From Tortispora ganteri (taxonomy: Eukaryota), in assembly GCA_003707115.1 (NCBI GenBank), contig PPNB01000002.1:620001-684000 (forward strand): 64,000 nucleotides of DNA. Direction: 5' to 3'. Shown here one piece after another: positions 21,411 to 33,554 of this stretch (positions are counted from its first letter, which is position 1; each line of letters starts with the position of its first letter). Made by a program: the position numbers and the translations under genes. The notes below the pieces were generated by a model, which searched no databases, was not told the DNA's origin, and saw only the letters and a program-made list of their open reading frames with translations.

Positions 21411-24369
21411 ATGCCGTCAGATGTGGCCGAGAAAAAACCACTGATACATTTAAATGGATCTTATGTCGCTATTGCACATACAGTATTCGCGATATCTGCC
21501 TTTGTTGTGGCCCTCGCTACCGGCATGACGCTCCATTTCCATAAAATCGTCCAGAACGAACATTTCGGTTACCCGGATGAATGGTTCCCCTCCGTTTCCG
21601 CAACAATTGGTGACAGGTACCCTGAACGATCTTTTTTTCAGATACTTATCGCTGTCACTTCCGGACCGAGGTTCGCGCTTATAGGTCTATGGTATCTCCT
21701 GTCCTACTCACCTACTTCTCGTTGGCCCTTGTTAACCACAGTATGCGGCCTTTTACGCACTTTCTGCTGTGGCGGATGGGTCTACATCACATCTACAGAT
21801 GACCATGATGCCCACGATATCTTCATGATATCTTACCTGTTACTCACCATCCCGTGGATCATCGGTACAATATACCTCACTCCCTATAACCGATCGGCGC
21901 TGCTCATTCGCAAGAGAACCGCATTCATATATATTGGTTCGGTCCCTTTGCTAATTTATCTTTTTATCCAGCACAAAATCAAGCATATCCCTGGAGGTAA
22001 GTATTCTCACATAACTATTGCTTTCATCTACTAACTCTTTAGCTTACACCTACTATTCCTTCGTGGAATGGTCGCTTGTATTCTACGACGTCATATTTGA
22101 CGCTGCAACTATCTTTGATTTCTCAACTTTCCAGATTTCTATTACAGATGCATCTGGAATATCAAAATTGTATGTGCACAACTTTCCTTTATAGCATGAA
22201 TATACCTATCTCATCTGCTTTTTACCTTTTTATACAACAGTACTAACTCATTCTAGCTCGCACCCTAATCAGTTTCGGCCAGCTAATCCGATATCCCGCC
22301 TTAATTTCTGCATACACGTCATTAATTCATATGTCCTCTGTACTGCCGTGTCAGCGCTGCCTTTACTCATATGGTACTTCCCTCTGTGGGATATGGGCGT
22401 ATCAGGCTTCGAAATCTCGTCTCTAGCCTTTGCCAGCCCGGCTCTTCTGCTTAACACTAAAATCAGGTTTGCCGTGTTCAAAAATATCGGTGCTGTCCAG
22501 TTCCTCGCCGCACTTTTTGGCTCAACGGCCTGGCTCATCAACCCTCCTGAACTGCGTCTGTTCGCTGACGGCTTAGCTACTGCCTTTGCTCTTCTCAGTT
22601 TTGTTGCAGGAATTGCAGGCTCTAAATCCGTACCTGGACTTGCAGACATGAAATCAATTGCCTATCTGGTTGGCTTCCTGCTCACTCTTGCTGGAAAAGT
22701 TGTATACAAAACTAAAAATCCTGCCTGGCCAGTAGTTAGACTCGAATCAGGAGGCCTTCATATTCCTTATATGATACTAGCCATCAGTGCTAGCTTATGG
22801 ACATATAGAGAGCAGGCTTCGGCATCTCAACCCGGATTTGCTGCTCCTGTCAACAGAAAAGCAGAATTTTTTGTCGGTTTCGGTCTCGGTGGGTTGCTGT
22901 TTGCACACTACTACTTCTTTGGCGACGCATCTACAATGATCAACTGGGTTTGGGACGGATACCCCTTACACGGTCCTACTCCTGTCCCGTACGGATTCTT
23001 TATTGTGCTGGCTGCAGCTCTTGGTACGTTATTTGGAGCAATTGATGCTTGCAAACCTATGGCTACCAACTACCTTATATACGCGTTCAGCCTGTTCAAT
23101 GTGTACCTGATTTTATTCAGAACCGGATGGAGAGGATTCGTTGGTTCTTTGAATCTGGCAATGTACTTATTTGCGCTGTTTCCCTCGTACTTGCAGGCTG
23201 CTAGCACGCTGCGCGTTGGCCAAGTGTTCGGATACGCCTCACTTCATTTCTTGCTGCTCACTCTAGAGCACGTATGGGTTGTCGCTTATGCTTTTGTTCC
23301 TTTGGGCAGCTTACTGAGAGAACGAACATGGGTAGTTGTTGTGCAGATATTCGCTTATATCGGAATCGGTCTGTACTACGTACAAAAGACTCAAACTCAC
23401 GCTAGTTCGAAAACACATAAAGATGGGACCAAAGCACTGGAAAAGTCACTTGACAAAGTCTACATGTATGCTCGCAACGGAATCTTTCTTGCACTGTTCA
23501 TTACAGGTGCTGGTATTCTATATAGATCGCCGACAAGCATACCTGAACCGTACCACCCAGAAGAACATCTTTTCACGGCTGGAATATGGACAATCCATTT
23601 TGGAATAGATAATGACCTCTGGGATTCTACTGGAGAGATGGCGAAGGTTCTAAAAGAGCTTGAACTAGATGTTGTTGGTCTTCTGGAGACCGATACGGAG
23701 CGATTCCTTCTCGGTAACAGAGATATCGGTCAAGAGTTGGCAGAAGAGCTCAACATGTACTATGACTATGGTCCTGGTCCTGCTGCACACACGTGGGGAT
23801 GTATATTGCTCTCTAAGTTCCCTATTCTGAAATCAACACATCACCTAACTCCATCTCCTGTGGGCGAATTAGCTCCTGCCATTCATGCCACGCTAGATAT
23901 GTACGGCCAAGAGGTCGACATAGTAATATTCCATTCCGGCCAGGAGGAGGACGAGGAAGATAGAAGACTGCAAACGCAAGCTGTAAGTACAATTATGGCT
24001 GAATCGCAGAACCCTCTTGTCCTGCTGAGTTATCTTGTGACTGATCCGCTTAAGGGAAACTACAACACTTATGTGAGCGAGTACACGCGCATGCTCGATA
24101 TAGACCCGACAGACGACGATAGATGGTGCGAGTACATTTTATATCGTGGACTTAAACGTAGCGGCTATGCGCGTGTATCTAGAGGTACGATCACAGATAC
24201 GGAGATTCAAGTGGGCAAATTCATTGTCGGCGAAGAACCGAACAAATCGAACCGCCGGATCCGTGAACGCAAGGTGCCGCAAGCACGCCGATTCCCCTCA
24301 ATGTTCAAGGGTAAAGGCGTACGTGAGCACTTCTATCACGTGTTCCCCAACCCTCGTTACTACGAATAA
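21411..24369 (+). CDS. CWH43: GPI lipid remodelase Cwh43; exons 21411-21996, 22043-22169 and 22257-24369
   Basis: GYPDEWFPSVSATIGDRYPERS, TAGIWTIHFG, FHSGQEED and DRWCEYILY motifs. Introns of 46 nt (GTAAGT..TACTAAC..TAG) and 87 nt (GTATGT..TACTAAC..TAG) join the two track ORFs in frame through GAYTYYSFVEWSL. Confidence 0.95.
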
Positions 24370-24517
24370 GATTCAAGATGTAATTTGCAATAACATGTCA
24401 TACTGTTACGTATATAACTTAGAGTTGGCTTGGAGGCGATAAGTTACCCGGCGTAGAGACAACTTGTATGAACATTGAGGCAGACACCACCGTCATATTG
24501 CATTGTGCAGATAAATC

Positions 24518-25580
24518 ATGGTGGTAAGTACATTTATGGTATATTTGTAATAATTTTTGTGAAATATAAAAGACTAACAATTAATAGGACGAGTAAGTTT
24601 GATAAAATCTTGTGCACTTTTTTGGCACGTATGTTGAGACAATGAATACTAACTAAAGTAGTCTTGGATATCCTTCTACATGTGCTCCAGGATCCAGCAC
24701 AGGGTACCCCGGTTGCCTTACGAGCGAGCAAAAACAGAAGCTAGAGCAAATGAGAAGCGAGCTCAAGGCTTTAGGATACGAAGAGAATCTTGATGACGCG
24801 ACGTTGTTGCGGTTCCTGCGTGCAAGGAAATTTGATGTTACAAAGGCTAAAGATATGTTTGTCGTATGTGAAAAATGGAGGAAAGATTTTGGCGTTAAGG
24901 ATATTGTGGAGAATTTCCACTATGTGGAGAAGCTTGCAGTATCTGAATACTATCCTCAGTACTACCATAAAACCGACAAGGATGGCAGACCGGTGTACAT
25001 CGAACAATTGGGCAAGGTAAACATTACCGAAATGTACAAGATTACAAGTATGGAACGTATGCTGAAAAATCTTGTATGGGAATACGAATCTTTAGCCAAT
25101 CATCGATTGCCCGCTTGCTCTAGAAAAGCCGGATATCTTGTTGAAACTTCTTGCACCATCATGGACCTCAAAGGAGTAGGTCTCGGTCAGATATCGCAAG
25201 TGTACCACTATGTGCGTGAAACTTCTGTTATCGGGCAAAATTATTACCCTGAACGAATGGGTAAGTTTTATATGATTAATGCCCCTTTCGGTTTCGCAAC
25301 TGCCTTCAAGATTATAAGGCCTCTTCTGGACCCCGTCACAGTAGAGAAGATCTTCATTCTGAGTTCGAACTACAAAAACGAACTACTGAAGCAAATTCCT
25401 GCGGAAAACCTTCCTGATTACTTAGGCGGTAAATGCAAATGCCCTGGAGGCTGCCAATTCTCGGATGCGGGACCATGGCACGATCCTCAATATATCGGTA
25501 AAGAAGGTGAGGCTATTTCCGCTGCTGAATACGCTAAGCAGTACTTAGCTAAACAAAACAGCCAGGAATCCAAATCTTGA
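24518..25580 (+). CDS. SEC14: PI/PC transfer protein Sec14; exons 24518-24523, 24588-24592 and 24662 (or 24659)-25580
   Basis: [25 protein letters not shown] and [11 protein letters not shown] motifs. Two canonical introns give [14 protein letters not shown]. Confidence 0.95.
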
Positions 25581-25607
25581 ATTTCTCCCTTTTCTGTCAA
25601 ACTAATT

Positions 25608-26210
25608 TCAACCTTCTTTTAGTACTCCCATCATAGATCTCACTTCTTTTCTTCTATACAATAATGCTTGTATTTCTGGAACGCGTTGTTGTAACTGTAG
25701 CAATTCATCTATCGGTAGTCTTTCGGTTTCCTGCGGGATCAACGGTTGTGGGTCCTGAATATCAACCGAATCGGGCAAATTCAGTGACACTGGTAATTTG
25801 TTCAATACTTCTTGCATTTGTTTTGTAATTTCCAGCGGTTTGGTCCGCCGTAGTTCAGTCACTTCCGAAATCAGATCGTTCGCTTCTTGGAAATGATCTC
25901 GCAGCTCTTCCAACAGCGCAGAATCAAATGGCTCAACGCCTTTTCCTTCTAGATCGTCTAAATTAAACGTTGACATTGATTCACCATCGACTATTAGCGA
26001 ATTCATAGCATAATTCATAGTTTCCTGGAGCCAGTGATCAAGTATAGGTTGCACTTCACTAATACCTTGCTCACGGTCTTCAGCGTCTTTAAAATGTTGC
26101 TCAACCCGTGTAGCCAGTTCATCCTGCCATAATTCATAAAGATACTTAAGATCTTCCCGCACTAATGAGATCTTTTGCGGCTCGTTTCCTGATATAATGT
26201 TCTCCTCCAT
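25608..26210 (-). CDS. NSL1: Kinetochore MIND/Mis12 complex subunit Nsl1/Mis14-like
   Basis: The EPFD...L..EVTELRR..P motif is typical of the Mis14 family, and the size (200 aa) fits. Confidence 0.72.
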   Translation of the reverse strand: MEENIISGNEPQKISLVREDLKYLYELWQDELATRVEQHFKDAEDREQGISEVQPILDHWLQETMNYAMNSLIVDGESMSTFNLDDLEGKGVEPFDSALLEELRDHFQEANDLISEVTELRRTKPLEITKQMQEVLNKLPVSLNLPDSVDIQDPQPLIPQETERLPIDELLQLQQRVPEIQALLYRRKEVRSMMGVLKEG

Positions 26211-26340
26211 GGTTTTGTAAACAGCAGTCGTAGGTGGGTTGATGGGAGGTGTTGATGGCGTCCGATTGGTGGGCAGGTAGGGTAACTTTGTTCAAGCTCT
26301 TTTTCTTGGTAGTAAGATCAATTAATTAATCACTGTCGCA

Positions 26341-27540
26341 ATGACACATATTGGTCCGGAACGGCCTCAACGATCAAAGGATCATGTGACTGTTGGTGCA
26401 GAGCCTCTGTCTTCTGAAGAAGCCCACCAAGTGATGAAGGAAATGAACAAAATGCCTTTGTTCATGACTGAACTTGACGAATCTGATGGCGAAGGAGGTG
26501 AGAATATTCCTCTTGAAGCCATGAAAGCTTTACAATTTGACGACGATTCAGATGCTTACGAAAATGCAAAGAGTTTTAAAGATCAGGGTAATGAGTCTTT
26601 CAAATTCAAAGACTACTCGAACGCTATTGCGCTTTACGACAATGCGCTGAAGATCAAGTCTCAAATTGCCGAAGGAAAACGCACAACTATTGAACCTCTC
26701 GGCAAACAAATGTCGCTATGGCTGTCCTGTTACCTCAACAAGTCAGCTTGCAACCTTGAACTGAAAAACTATCGTCGTTGTATTAACGACGCTAAACAGG
26801 CTTTACAAATAGACCCCAGGAACCTAAAAGCCCACTATAGAGCATCGAGGGCTTTTCTTGCACTTGACAAAACTGACGAATGCTTTGAATTATTACGTCA
26901 TGGTCTGGAAATTGACTCTCAGAATCTTGCTTTGCAATCTGTGCTAAAACAACTTGCATCGCGGCGAGAGTATCTCGACAGGATAGAAGCGGCCAACCGT
27001 GAAAGAGAAGAGAAACGAAAACTCAATGCCGAAGCATTACTAAAAGCCAAGAAACATTACAAACTTCTATTCCAAAAAAGTTTAGCATCTAATGACTCTA
27101 TGCCGGCTGGTGATATTGCCTTACTTGACCATAATAATGATCCCGCGACAACCTTTACTGAAGACACAAGCTTGTACTTCCCGGTTGTCATATTGTACCC
27201 GCTAGTATTGCAGTCAGATTATATAGAATCGTGGGAACAATCTATCACACCAGCTGAGCAGTTAGAGCAGCTGTTTGAGCAACCAGCTCCATGGGATGAG
27301 CAAAATGAATATGCAAAATCTACGGTCGAACTATTCGCCGATACTCCTTCAGGCGGTCTTTTGAAGATAGGGAAGAATATACCGCTAATAAAGATTCTGG
27401 AAAACGGCAAAGTTCCTCTATTAGATGGGATTGTTCGTCTGTATGTGACTCCAAAACAAAGATCGTCGGAGTTCATTGTGAAACATAAGGAATCAGTTGA
27501 AGAAAGAACCAAGTCTAGAGTAACGATTAATCAGTGTTAA
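26341..27540 (+). CDS. CNS1: Hsp70/Hsp90 TPR co-chaperone Cns1 (TTC4)
   Basis: MNKMPLFMTELDE, FKDQGNESFK, NKSACNLELKNYRRCIND and FPVVILYP motifs. Confidence 0.93.
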   Translation: MTHIGPERPQRSKDHVTVGAEPLSSEEAHQVMKEMNKMPLFMTELDESDGEGGENIPLEAMKALQFDDDSDAYENAKSFKDQGNESFKFKDYSNAIALYDNALKIKSQIAEGKRTTIEPLGKQMSLWLSCYLNKSACNLELKNYRRCINDAKQALQIDPRNLKAHYRASRAFLALDKTDECFELLRHGLEIDSQNLALQSVLKQLASRREYLDRIEAANREREEKRKLNAEALLKAKKHYKLLFQKSLASNDSMPAGDIALLDHNNDPATTFTEDTSLYFPVVILYPLVLQSDYIESWEQSITPAEQLEQLFEQPAPWDEQNEYAKSTVELFADTPSGGLLKIGKNIPLIKILENGKVPLLDGIVRLYVTPKQRSSEFIVKHKESVEERTKSRVTINQC

Positions 27541-27585
27541 TGAAAAGAAATATGTATTGTTATTGTACTTTTCGCCCTTATTAAT

Positions 27586-29667
27586 TTAATTACCATTGTG
27601 GTATCCCATAACTGCTGCATATTTCTGCTTCTCTTCACTTGACAACTGATCGGCATGGTTCCACATAGCAGATGATTGTCGAGCACGGTACCGTGATGAC
27701 AAGTTACCTTGAAATATATCGTCCATTTTTAATGCAGGTAGAGGTCCAAATACTTGATCTGGGTCAATATTTTTCTGTCTTCGAAGGAGTTCTCTCAATT
27801 CCGGCGAGTTGGCCCAGTCTTTCAACACAGGGTCACCTTGCTCGTCTTCAGAATCACTGGCAATTTCTGGAAGCTCTGTCTGTTCGGCCGAAGGTGTCAC
27901 AATTTGTTTAACAAACCTCTTAGGTGTAGCAGGATTTTTGGATACTTCCTGAGAGAAAACAGCATTCGTCTTAGGAGCTAATGTCGATGAAAACTTGATT
28001 GTATCATTCGAGATTTTAACAATGTTATCCATAATCGCATATTTAGTATCTGATTTCCCTTGCTGACTTGTTAATAATGATTTCATCATGCTAGAACCAT
28101 TAGTGGTAGCACTAGACGGTTTGCGGATGGGTTTGATATTGAAATTAGTGGTGTTTGACCGAAGCGTTGAAGGGGCTGTAGACGTTCCTGGTACAATTTT
28201 TCTTATTTTGTCTCCTGTGGCTCTTCGTTTGGAACTCACCGGCTCCTCATCATAATTTCGTTTTATCGCTTGATCAATTGGCTTTACGTCCTGTTCTGGT
28301 ATATCGTTTTTCTGAACATAAGAAGGTTTCATAAGCCTAGGCTTTCTATCCTTGGCAGCAGAAGAGGAACTTGAAACCGATGCAACTTTTGATAATGCGT
28401 CCTCTTTCTGTTGAGCTTGCTGCTGTTGGCGTTTCATATTTTCAACTCGTCGTCTCTCATACTCTTTTCGCTGTTCCATTCTCTTGACAGCTTCCTCGTC
28501 CCGCTGTCTTTGTGTTTTCTGAAGTCTAACAGGAACGTGACTAGTTGCATTGGAGATAGTTTTTGGCCTGGTGTTATCAATGGGTCGGTTCTCTTGTTTT
28601 TCCTGGTTTTTGACATGCATAGTTTGTCGCTGCTGATCTAGATTCCTACCTGCATTCATTGATACAGTAATCGGGACTGGCGGTGGCTTCGATTTGGATC
28701 CATCCTTAAGCACTAGTTTTTGGCGTCTTCTGCTCTGAACTTCATCCTTAGGGGGTATTGGAGGAGGATATTTAGATGTTAAAGGCGAAGAGTCTGTTGC
28801 AGATTTTGAAACAACGTATAATGCATTAGAGCCGACTGACTTTTGTCCTTTAGGAGAGAACAATCCATCTGAAGACAAATTTTCTTGGAAGTTTGGTGCT
28901 GCTAAAGGCACATTAGGCTGATTGTTTGCAGAAGTACGTGGCTGTACCAACTGAGATAAAGGTCGCTGTATCTTTTGCGATTGTTGTGCAGCAGGTATTT
29001 TCAGATTTCTTGTGGGAGATTCTCGCTCAGGTGACTTGGGTCTGCTTAAAGACGACAGGCTGTCCGACATGGTTGATTTCAAAGATTTCACTGCGGCGCC
29101 TACAGGAGACAAAAAGCTGAAAACCTGGCTTGATGCTTGCTTTGTAGGAGATCCTAAAGTAGCTGACGGCTTTTGTAAGTTGGAAGGAGCGGTAGGTACA
29201 AGAGACTCTGATGGAGATAAATAAAGACTTGAAGATGTGCTCGAAGTAGAATGAGAATCGCGTTCAAAAGGTTGATTGTTTTTAGCAGGACTAGGAGATT
29301 TTGGGTGTTTCACTATATTTGAGATTCTATGCTGATCAAAATGAAGTGAGGGTAAAGAATGCACGTTTAGAAATGTATCGGGATTCTCTTTATCTGCGGG
29401 TAGTCGATTAGAGGCGGGTACTCTTATGGGTGAGCAACAATTTGTCAAAGGGCCAGGAGTTTTCATTAAATCAGCGATATTGATGTTGTTTAGTGAGTTT
29501 TTTGAATCCATGACAGTTGCCATATACTCATTTAGCCATTCTAAGTCGTAGCGCAAAGCATAGGAGAAGTTTTCCACGTCAGATTGAACGAGGGATTTGG
29601 CATTAGAAATTTCAGCGTTCATCCAGGGAAGTGACCCATATTGAGGTCGGTTTCTGAGGTCTTCCAT
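27586..29667 (-). CDS. SLI15: Inner centromere protein INCENP (Sli15/Pic1)
   Basis: C-terminal IN-box LPEIASDSEDE...WANSPELRELL...DPDQVFG...RARQSSAMW. N-terminal GSLPW...LEWLNEYM. ATG at 29667. Confidence 0.88.
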   Translation of the reverse strand: MEDLRNRPQYGSLPWMNAEISNAKSLVQSDVENFSYALRYDLEWLNEYMATVMDSKNSLNNINIADLMKTPGPLTNCCSPIRVPASNRLPADKENPDTFLNVHSLPSLHFDQHRISNIVKHPKSPSPAKNNQPFERDSHSTSSTSSSLYLSPSESLVPTAPSNLQKPSATLGSPTKQASSQVFSFLSPVGAAVKSLKSTMSDSLSSLSRPKSPERESPTRNLKIPAAQQSQKIQRPLSQLVQPRTSANNQPNVPLAAPNFQENLSSDGLFSPKGQKSVGSNALYVVSKSATDSSPLTSKYPPPIPPKDEVQSRRRQKLVLKDGSKSKPPPVPITVSMNAGRNLDQQRQTMHVKNQEKQENRPIDNTRPKTISNATSHVPVRLQKTQRQRDEEAVKRMEQRKEYERRRVENMKRQQQQAQQKEDALSKVASVSSSSSAAKDRKPRLMKPSYVQKNDIPEQDVKPIDQAIKRNYDEEPVSSKRRATGDKIRKIVPGTSTAPSTLRSNTTNFNIKPIRKPSSATTNGSSMMKSLLTSQQGKSDTKYAIMDNIVKISNDTIKFSSTLAPKTNAVFSQEVSKNPATPKRFVKQIVTPSAEQTELPEIASDSEDEQGDPVLKDWANSPELRELLRRQKNIDPDQVFGPLPALKMDDIFQGNLSSRYRARQSSAMWNHADQLSSEEKQKYAAVMGYHNGN

Positions 29668-30779
29668 GACCAATAATAAGTACAATAGTGGTAAATGTGA
29701 AAGTAGTAACAAGTAAAGTAGAATAGTTGTTTATTTTGTATCCCAAGATAGGAAGTTGTATTAGGGTTAATATGAATTAGGTTTCGTTGGTGGTGACCAG
29801 CAAGCGGTCTGAATACGCCTTATTGAAGATGAGAAAGAACACATGTTGAACGAGTCTTAACCAATTAAATTAATAATAATAATATGTCTAGTGATAGAAC
29901 TGGAATGACTGCGCAAGGGTTCATGTAATCTGACGGTTAGTTATTTGCGGAATGTACGAATAGTAGGCCACACGAAATCTTTTGTTAGCCTCGTAAGTGC
30001 AAAACGTACCTATTCAATTAGCCAAATGTGCACATATTTTTGGCAATTGTATTCTTTTTAAAGGAATTAACAATCAAAATCGTTAACTTAGATACATTTT
30101 TGTGTAGGTATAGTGTAGGGGAGGCGTTTAAACTGTACCGATCGCAACCGCCTCGGAATTTGCAAATATAGAGATTTACCGAGCTGCATATCTTTTAGAA
30201 AATTTGTAGCATTCATTCCACGTGTAGATATTAGAGTGTTAAACCGAAATTAACACAGCCAATCACTTAAAATAAACGATATTTTACGCAATCATGGCGA
30301 TCCTTCTTGTATTTGCAAGAAAGCCAATAAAATGTGTTTTTACCCTTAACCCTTAATTTTATGATGAAAAAAGAATATTCGCTGGGTGTATGTATTTAGC
30401 GGTAATGGCGCTATTGTGACGACATAACACTGTTCATTCGATAATAATTTTTGTTATTTCTTAAGTATTATAATATATATAATTGCAATATAAAATAGTT
30501 AAGATTCGTCTGCCATTGTATCCTTAAAAGAGGTCGGACGGTAAGAGTGCATTATTTTTGAGTTAATCACATGTAGATAAGCAAAAGTTTAACTACGATA
30601 CACCTTGTCACATGAATAAATATTATACAAAATAGGGGGGTTATATAAAAATCTCCTCACAAACCCGGGTTCCCTTTCTTTCCTTTCATTATTCATTGAT
30701 CTCGTTTTCAATAAACACTTCTGGTTATTCAATCTTTTTTTTTTTAATTCTTGTATTCCTTTTCTTCATAACCTGAACT

Positions 30780-31538
30780 ATGCCATCTGCTTTTTTAGCG
30801 CACGTATATTCTTATCCTGTCGTGGCATCTACAACGGAGAAAATCATTGCTTTGAGCCCAGTAAAGGACGCTATTGCTAAAACATCTCCTTATATCGATG
30901 CTTTTGCTTCAAAGACTGCACCTCTTGTCCAGCCCGTAAAGCCTCTGTTGGCTAAGGCGGATAAGCTAGGTGACTCTTCTCTGACGAAAATCGACTCATT
31001 ATACCCTTCTGTTAAGGCCAAGATCGATAGTACTGAACCTATAATTGTCGAAAAGCTAACAGCTGTCGATGGCAAAGTTGCTCCAGTTATCAAACCGCTA
31101 AATGACTCTTTCGAAAGTATTGTTACCAAATATTTGCCTAAGGAAGGTGCAAACCAACTGACTGTAGAATCTTCTACTGAAACCTACCGCACCTATCTTA
31201 TCATTCTTGAAGCCATCAAGCGCATTCTCCCATTTTTATATTCTTCAGCTGAATTAGCCCAAACAAAAGGCGCAGAAGTTTCTGCTCATGTTAAAGAGAT
31301 TTACGGCTCCAAGCTCAATGAGCCCAAAGAGAAATCATTCACGACCCCTGTTTACGCGTCTGTTGCCACAGGTGTGGATGTTGCAGGCGAAGTTGTTACT
31401 GCTGTTAATGGATACATCAGGTCACGCCGTTCTTCATCTGAAGGGTGTACCAAGAAAGATTCCAAACCTGACAAAGTTGTATCGGAACTTCCTAAGGTCA
31501 CACAAGAGACTCTCGCTCCCGCTGTGCCTGTTAACTAA
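30780..31538 (+). CDS. Fungal perilipin-like lipid droplet protein (Pet10/Cap20/Mpl1 family)
   Basis: FLAHVYSYPVV and KADKLGDSSLTKIDSLYP motifs. About 1.1 kb of upstream region containing CCTCGG. Confidence 0.78.
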   Translation: MPSAFLAHVYSYPVVASTTEKIIALSPVKDAIAKTSPYIDAFASKTAPLVQPVKPLLAKADKLGDSSLTKIDSLYPSVKAKIDSTEPIIVEKLTAVDGKVAPVIKPLNDSFESIVTKYLPKEGANQLTVESSTETYRTYLIILEAIKRILPFLYSSAELAQTKGAEVSAHVKEIYGSKLNEPKEKSFTTPVYASVATGVDVAGEVVTAVNGYIRSRRSSSEGCTKKDSKPDKVVSELPKVTQETLAPAVPVN

Positions 31539-31733
31539 ACAAATATGATAATCTGATATTCCATGCCTGATTCGATACTATTATTTATTTGTTTATTTGT
31601 CTTTATAGAGCATATTTAACCCTTAAATCTCTGGATTTTGACCTCTATTATATATATATCACCACGGTTTGACTAACCTCCTCCCAACGTACCATTTCGC
31701 CATTAGCAAGTTTGAATACAACGCCAGGATCAT

Positions 31734-32438
31734 ATGTACATTGATATCGTGCAGCCGCATGAATCGGCTTGCATTGTGTCTGTATCAACTAGGCCAAAGA
31801 TTGGATCTCGTCCTTATAAGCCGAACGACCCCTTGATAGTGAATTCATCCTCAAAGCCATTGCCCTACACTAAAACGTCTACCTTCATCATATCTGTACT
31901 TTATCTCTTGAAATTTTTAGTTGCTGCATTAATATTATTTAAATTCATTTGGACATTTGTGCTTTCAGACTTCACTGCTTCGTTACTCCATCTGACGCCG
32001 TTCCTTAACATGTTGAAGGATCTGCCACCTATTCAGCACGTTTCATCTCGCTATTCTCCTTTGTTCCACCGCGTGTCTGACATAACTGTTTTCTCGTCGC
32101 GTTTGCCAAATCTCTTGCTTATTGCTTTTATTTACTTTCTATTTTCGTTACAAATTTACAAGCAAGTCCGCGTTACAGCCATACGAAATGTCGGGATCAG
32201 CATTGAGTACCACTCAACTTGGCTGGGTTCACCCCAAAATACCTTCATTCCCTCCGACCGGCTCAGAGGCATATTTATAAACGAAGGATTCAAGGGCTTG
32301 ACTGTACAAACATATCTTCTAGCCCTCTGCGACAACCAATCTGCTGCCACTGAATTATTCCCCACTCTCACCCTTCGCAGGCCAGCCGTGGAGCACATTA
32401 GACATTACATATGCTCGACCATGCAACTATACAGCTAG
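31734..32438 (+). CDS. GPI15: GPI-GlcNAc transferase subunit PIG-H
   Basis: Two hydrophobic segments, then AIRNVGISI, FIPSDRLRGIFINEGF and LFPTL motifs. Confidence 0.85.
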   Translation: MYIDIVQPHESACIVSVSTRPKIGSRPYKPNDPLIVNSSSKPLPYTKTSTFIISVLYLLKFLVAALILFKFIWTFVLSDFTASLLHLTPFLNMLKDLPPIQHVSSRYSPLFHRVSDITVFSSRLPNLLLIAFIYFLFSLQIYKQVRVTAIRNVGISIEYHSTWLGSPQNTFIPSDRLRGIFINEGFKGLTVQTYLLALCDNQSAATELFPTLTLRRPAVEHIRHYICSTMQLYS

Positions 32439-32560
32439 TTAATTGTTGAAGATGCGACGACACAGTACAACTCTATACTGTAATCTTAAGATTAATGTTT
32501 TATTATATTCTTTTTTTATTATGGATATTTGGATGCTAGTATGCGCCAATAGTGAGAAGG

Positions 32561-32614
32561 AGGGTATAAACCCTAATTTGGCATAACAACCATGGTTATT
32601 CACAGTCACAACCC
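32561..32614 (+). promoter_or_regulatory. RPS0 promoter: inverted AGGG-TATAAA-CCCTAA (Tbf1-like) and Homol-D ACAGTCACAACCC
   Basis: A 13-mer is shared, inverted, with the RPS31 promoter. Confidence 0.72.
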
Positions 32615-32708
32615 CTCTATCGTGGAAGCCTCCTCAAGGTGTCCCAACGCACGCAGTAAAGCCAATTGTTCCACTGATACTTCCTACCAGTTTATTACCT
32701 TGACGAAG

Positions 32709-33554
32709 ATGGCCTCTATTTTCGATCCTACTAAAGAAGATATCCAGCTTTTAATAGCTGCTAACGCTCACATTGGTGCCAAAAATGTACAGGTCCGTAA
32801 CGAGCCTTACGTCTACCAAAAGCGCGTTGACGGTGTCAGCGTCATTAACGTCTCCAAGACCTGGGAAAAGCTCGTTTTGGCTGCTCGTATCATCGCTGCT
32901 GTCCCCAACCCCGAAGACGTTTGCGTAATCTCTGCTCGTTCTTTTGGTCAACGTGCCGTCCTCAAATTCGCCGCCCACACCGGTGCTACTGCCATCGCTG
33001 GTCGCTTCACCCCCGGCTCCTTTACGAACTACATCACCCGATCCTTCAAGGAACCCCGTCTTATTGTTGTCACTGACCCGCGCACTGATGCCCAAGCGAT
33101 CCGTGAAGCCTCTTATGTTAACATCCCAGTCATCGCTCTCTGTGATACTGACTCTCCTCTTGACTTCGTAGATGTCGCCATCCCCTGCAACAACAAGGGC
33201 AGACACTCGATAGGTCTCATCTGGTACTTGCTTGCTCGTGAGGTCCTACGCATCAAGGGAATCCTTCCCCCGCGCACTGTCCCATGGTCTGTCATGCCTG
33301 ATCTTTACTTCTACCGTGACCCCGAAGAGGCTGAGAAGGCCGAAGCAGCTGCCGCCGCCGCTGCCGCCGCCGCTCCTGCCGAAACTGCTGAGGCTATCGA
33401 CTTCTCTGCACAACCCGAAGAAGCCGCCGTTGTCGGTGAAGACGACTGGGCTACTGGTGCTGCTCCTGCTCCCGCTGGTGAGACTAACTGGGGCGCTCAG
33501 CCTGCTGCTGATGACTGGGCTGCTGAGCCTGTTAAGGCTGCTGCCGAGTGGTAA
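32709..33554 (+). CDS. RPS0: 40S ribosomal protein uS2
   Basis: [22 protein letters not shown] and [11 protein letters not shown] motifs. Strong codon bias. ATG at 32709. Confidence 0.98.
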   Translation: MASIFDPTKEDIQLLIAANAHIGAKNVQVRNEPYVYQKRVDGVSVINVSKTWEKLVLAARIIAAVPNPEDVCVISARSFGQRAVLKFAAHTGATAIAGRFTPGSFTNYITRSFKEPRLIVVTDPRTDAQAIREASYVNIPVIALCDTDSPLDFVDVAIPCNNKGRHSIGLIWYLLAREVLRIKGILPPRTVPWSVMPDLYFYRDPEEAEKAEAAAAAAAAAAPAETAEAIDFSAQPEEAAVVGEDDWATGAAPAPAGETNWGAQPAADDWAAEPVKAAAEW

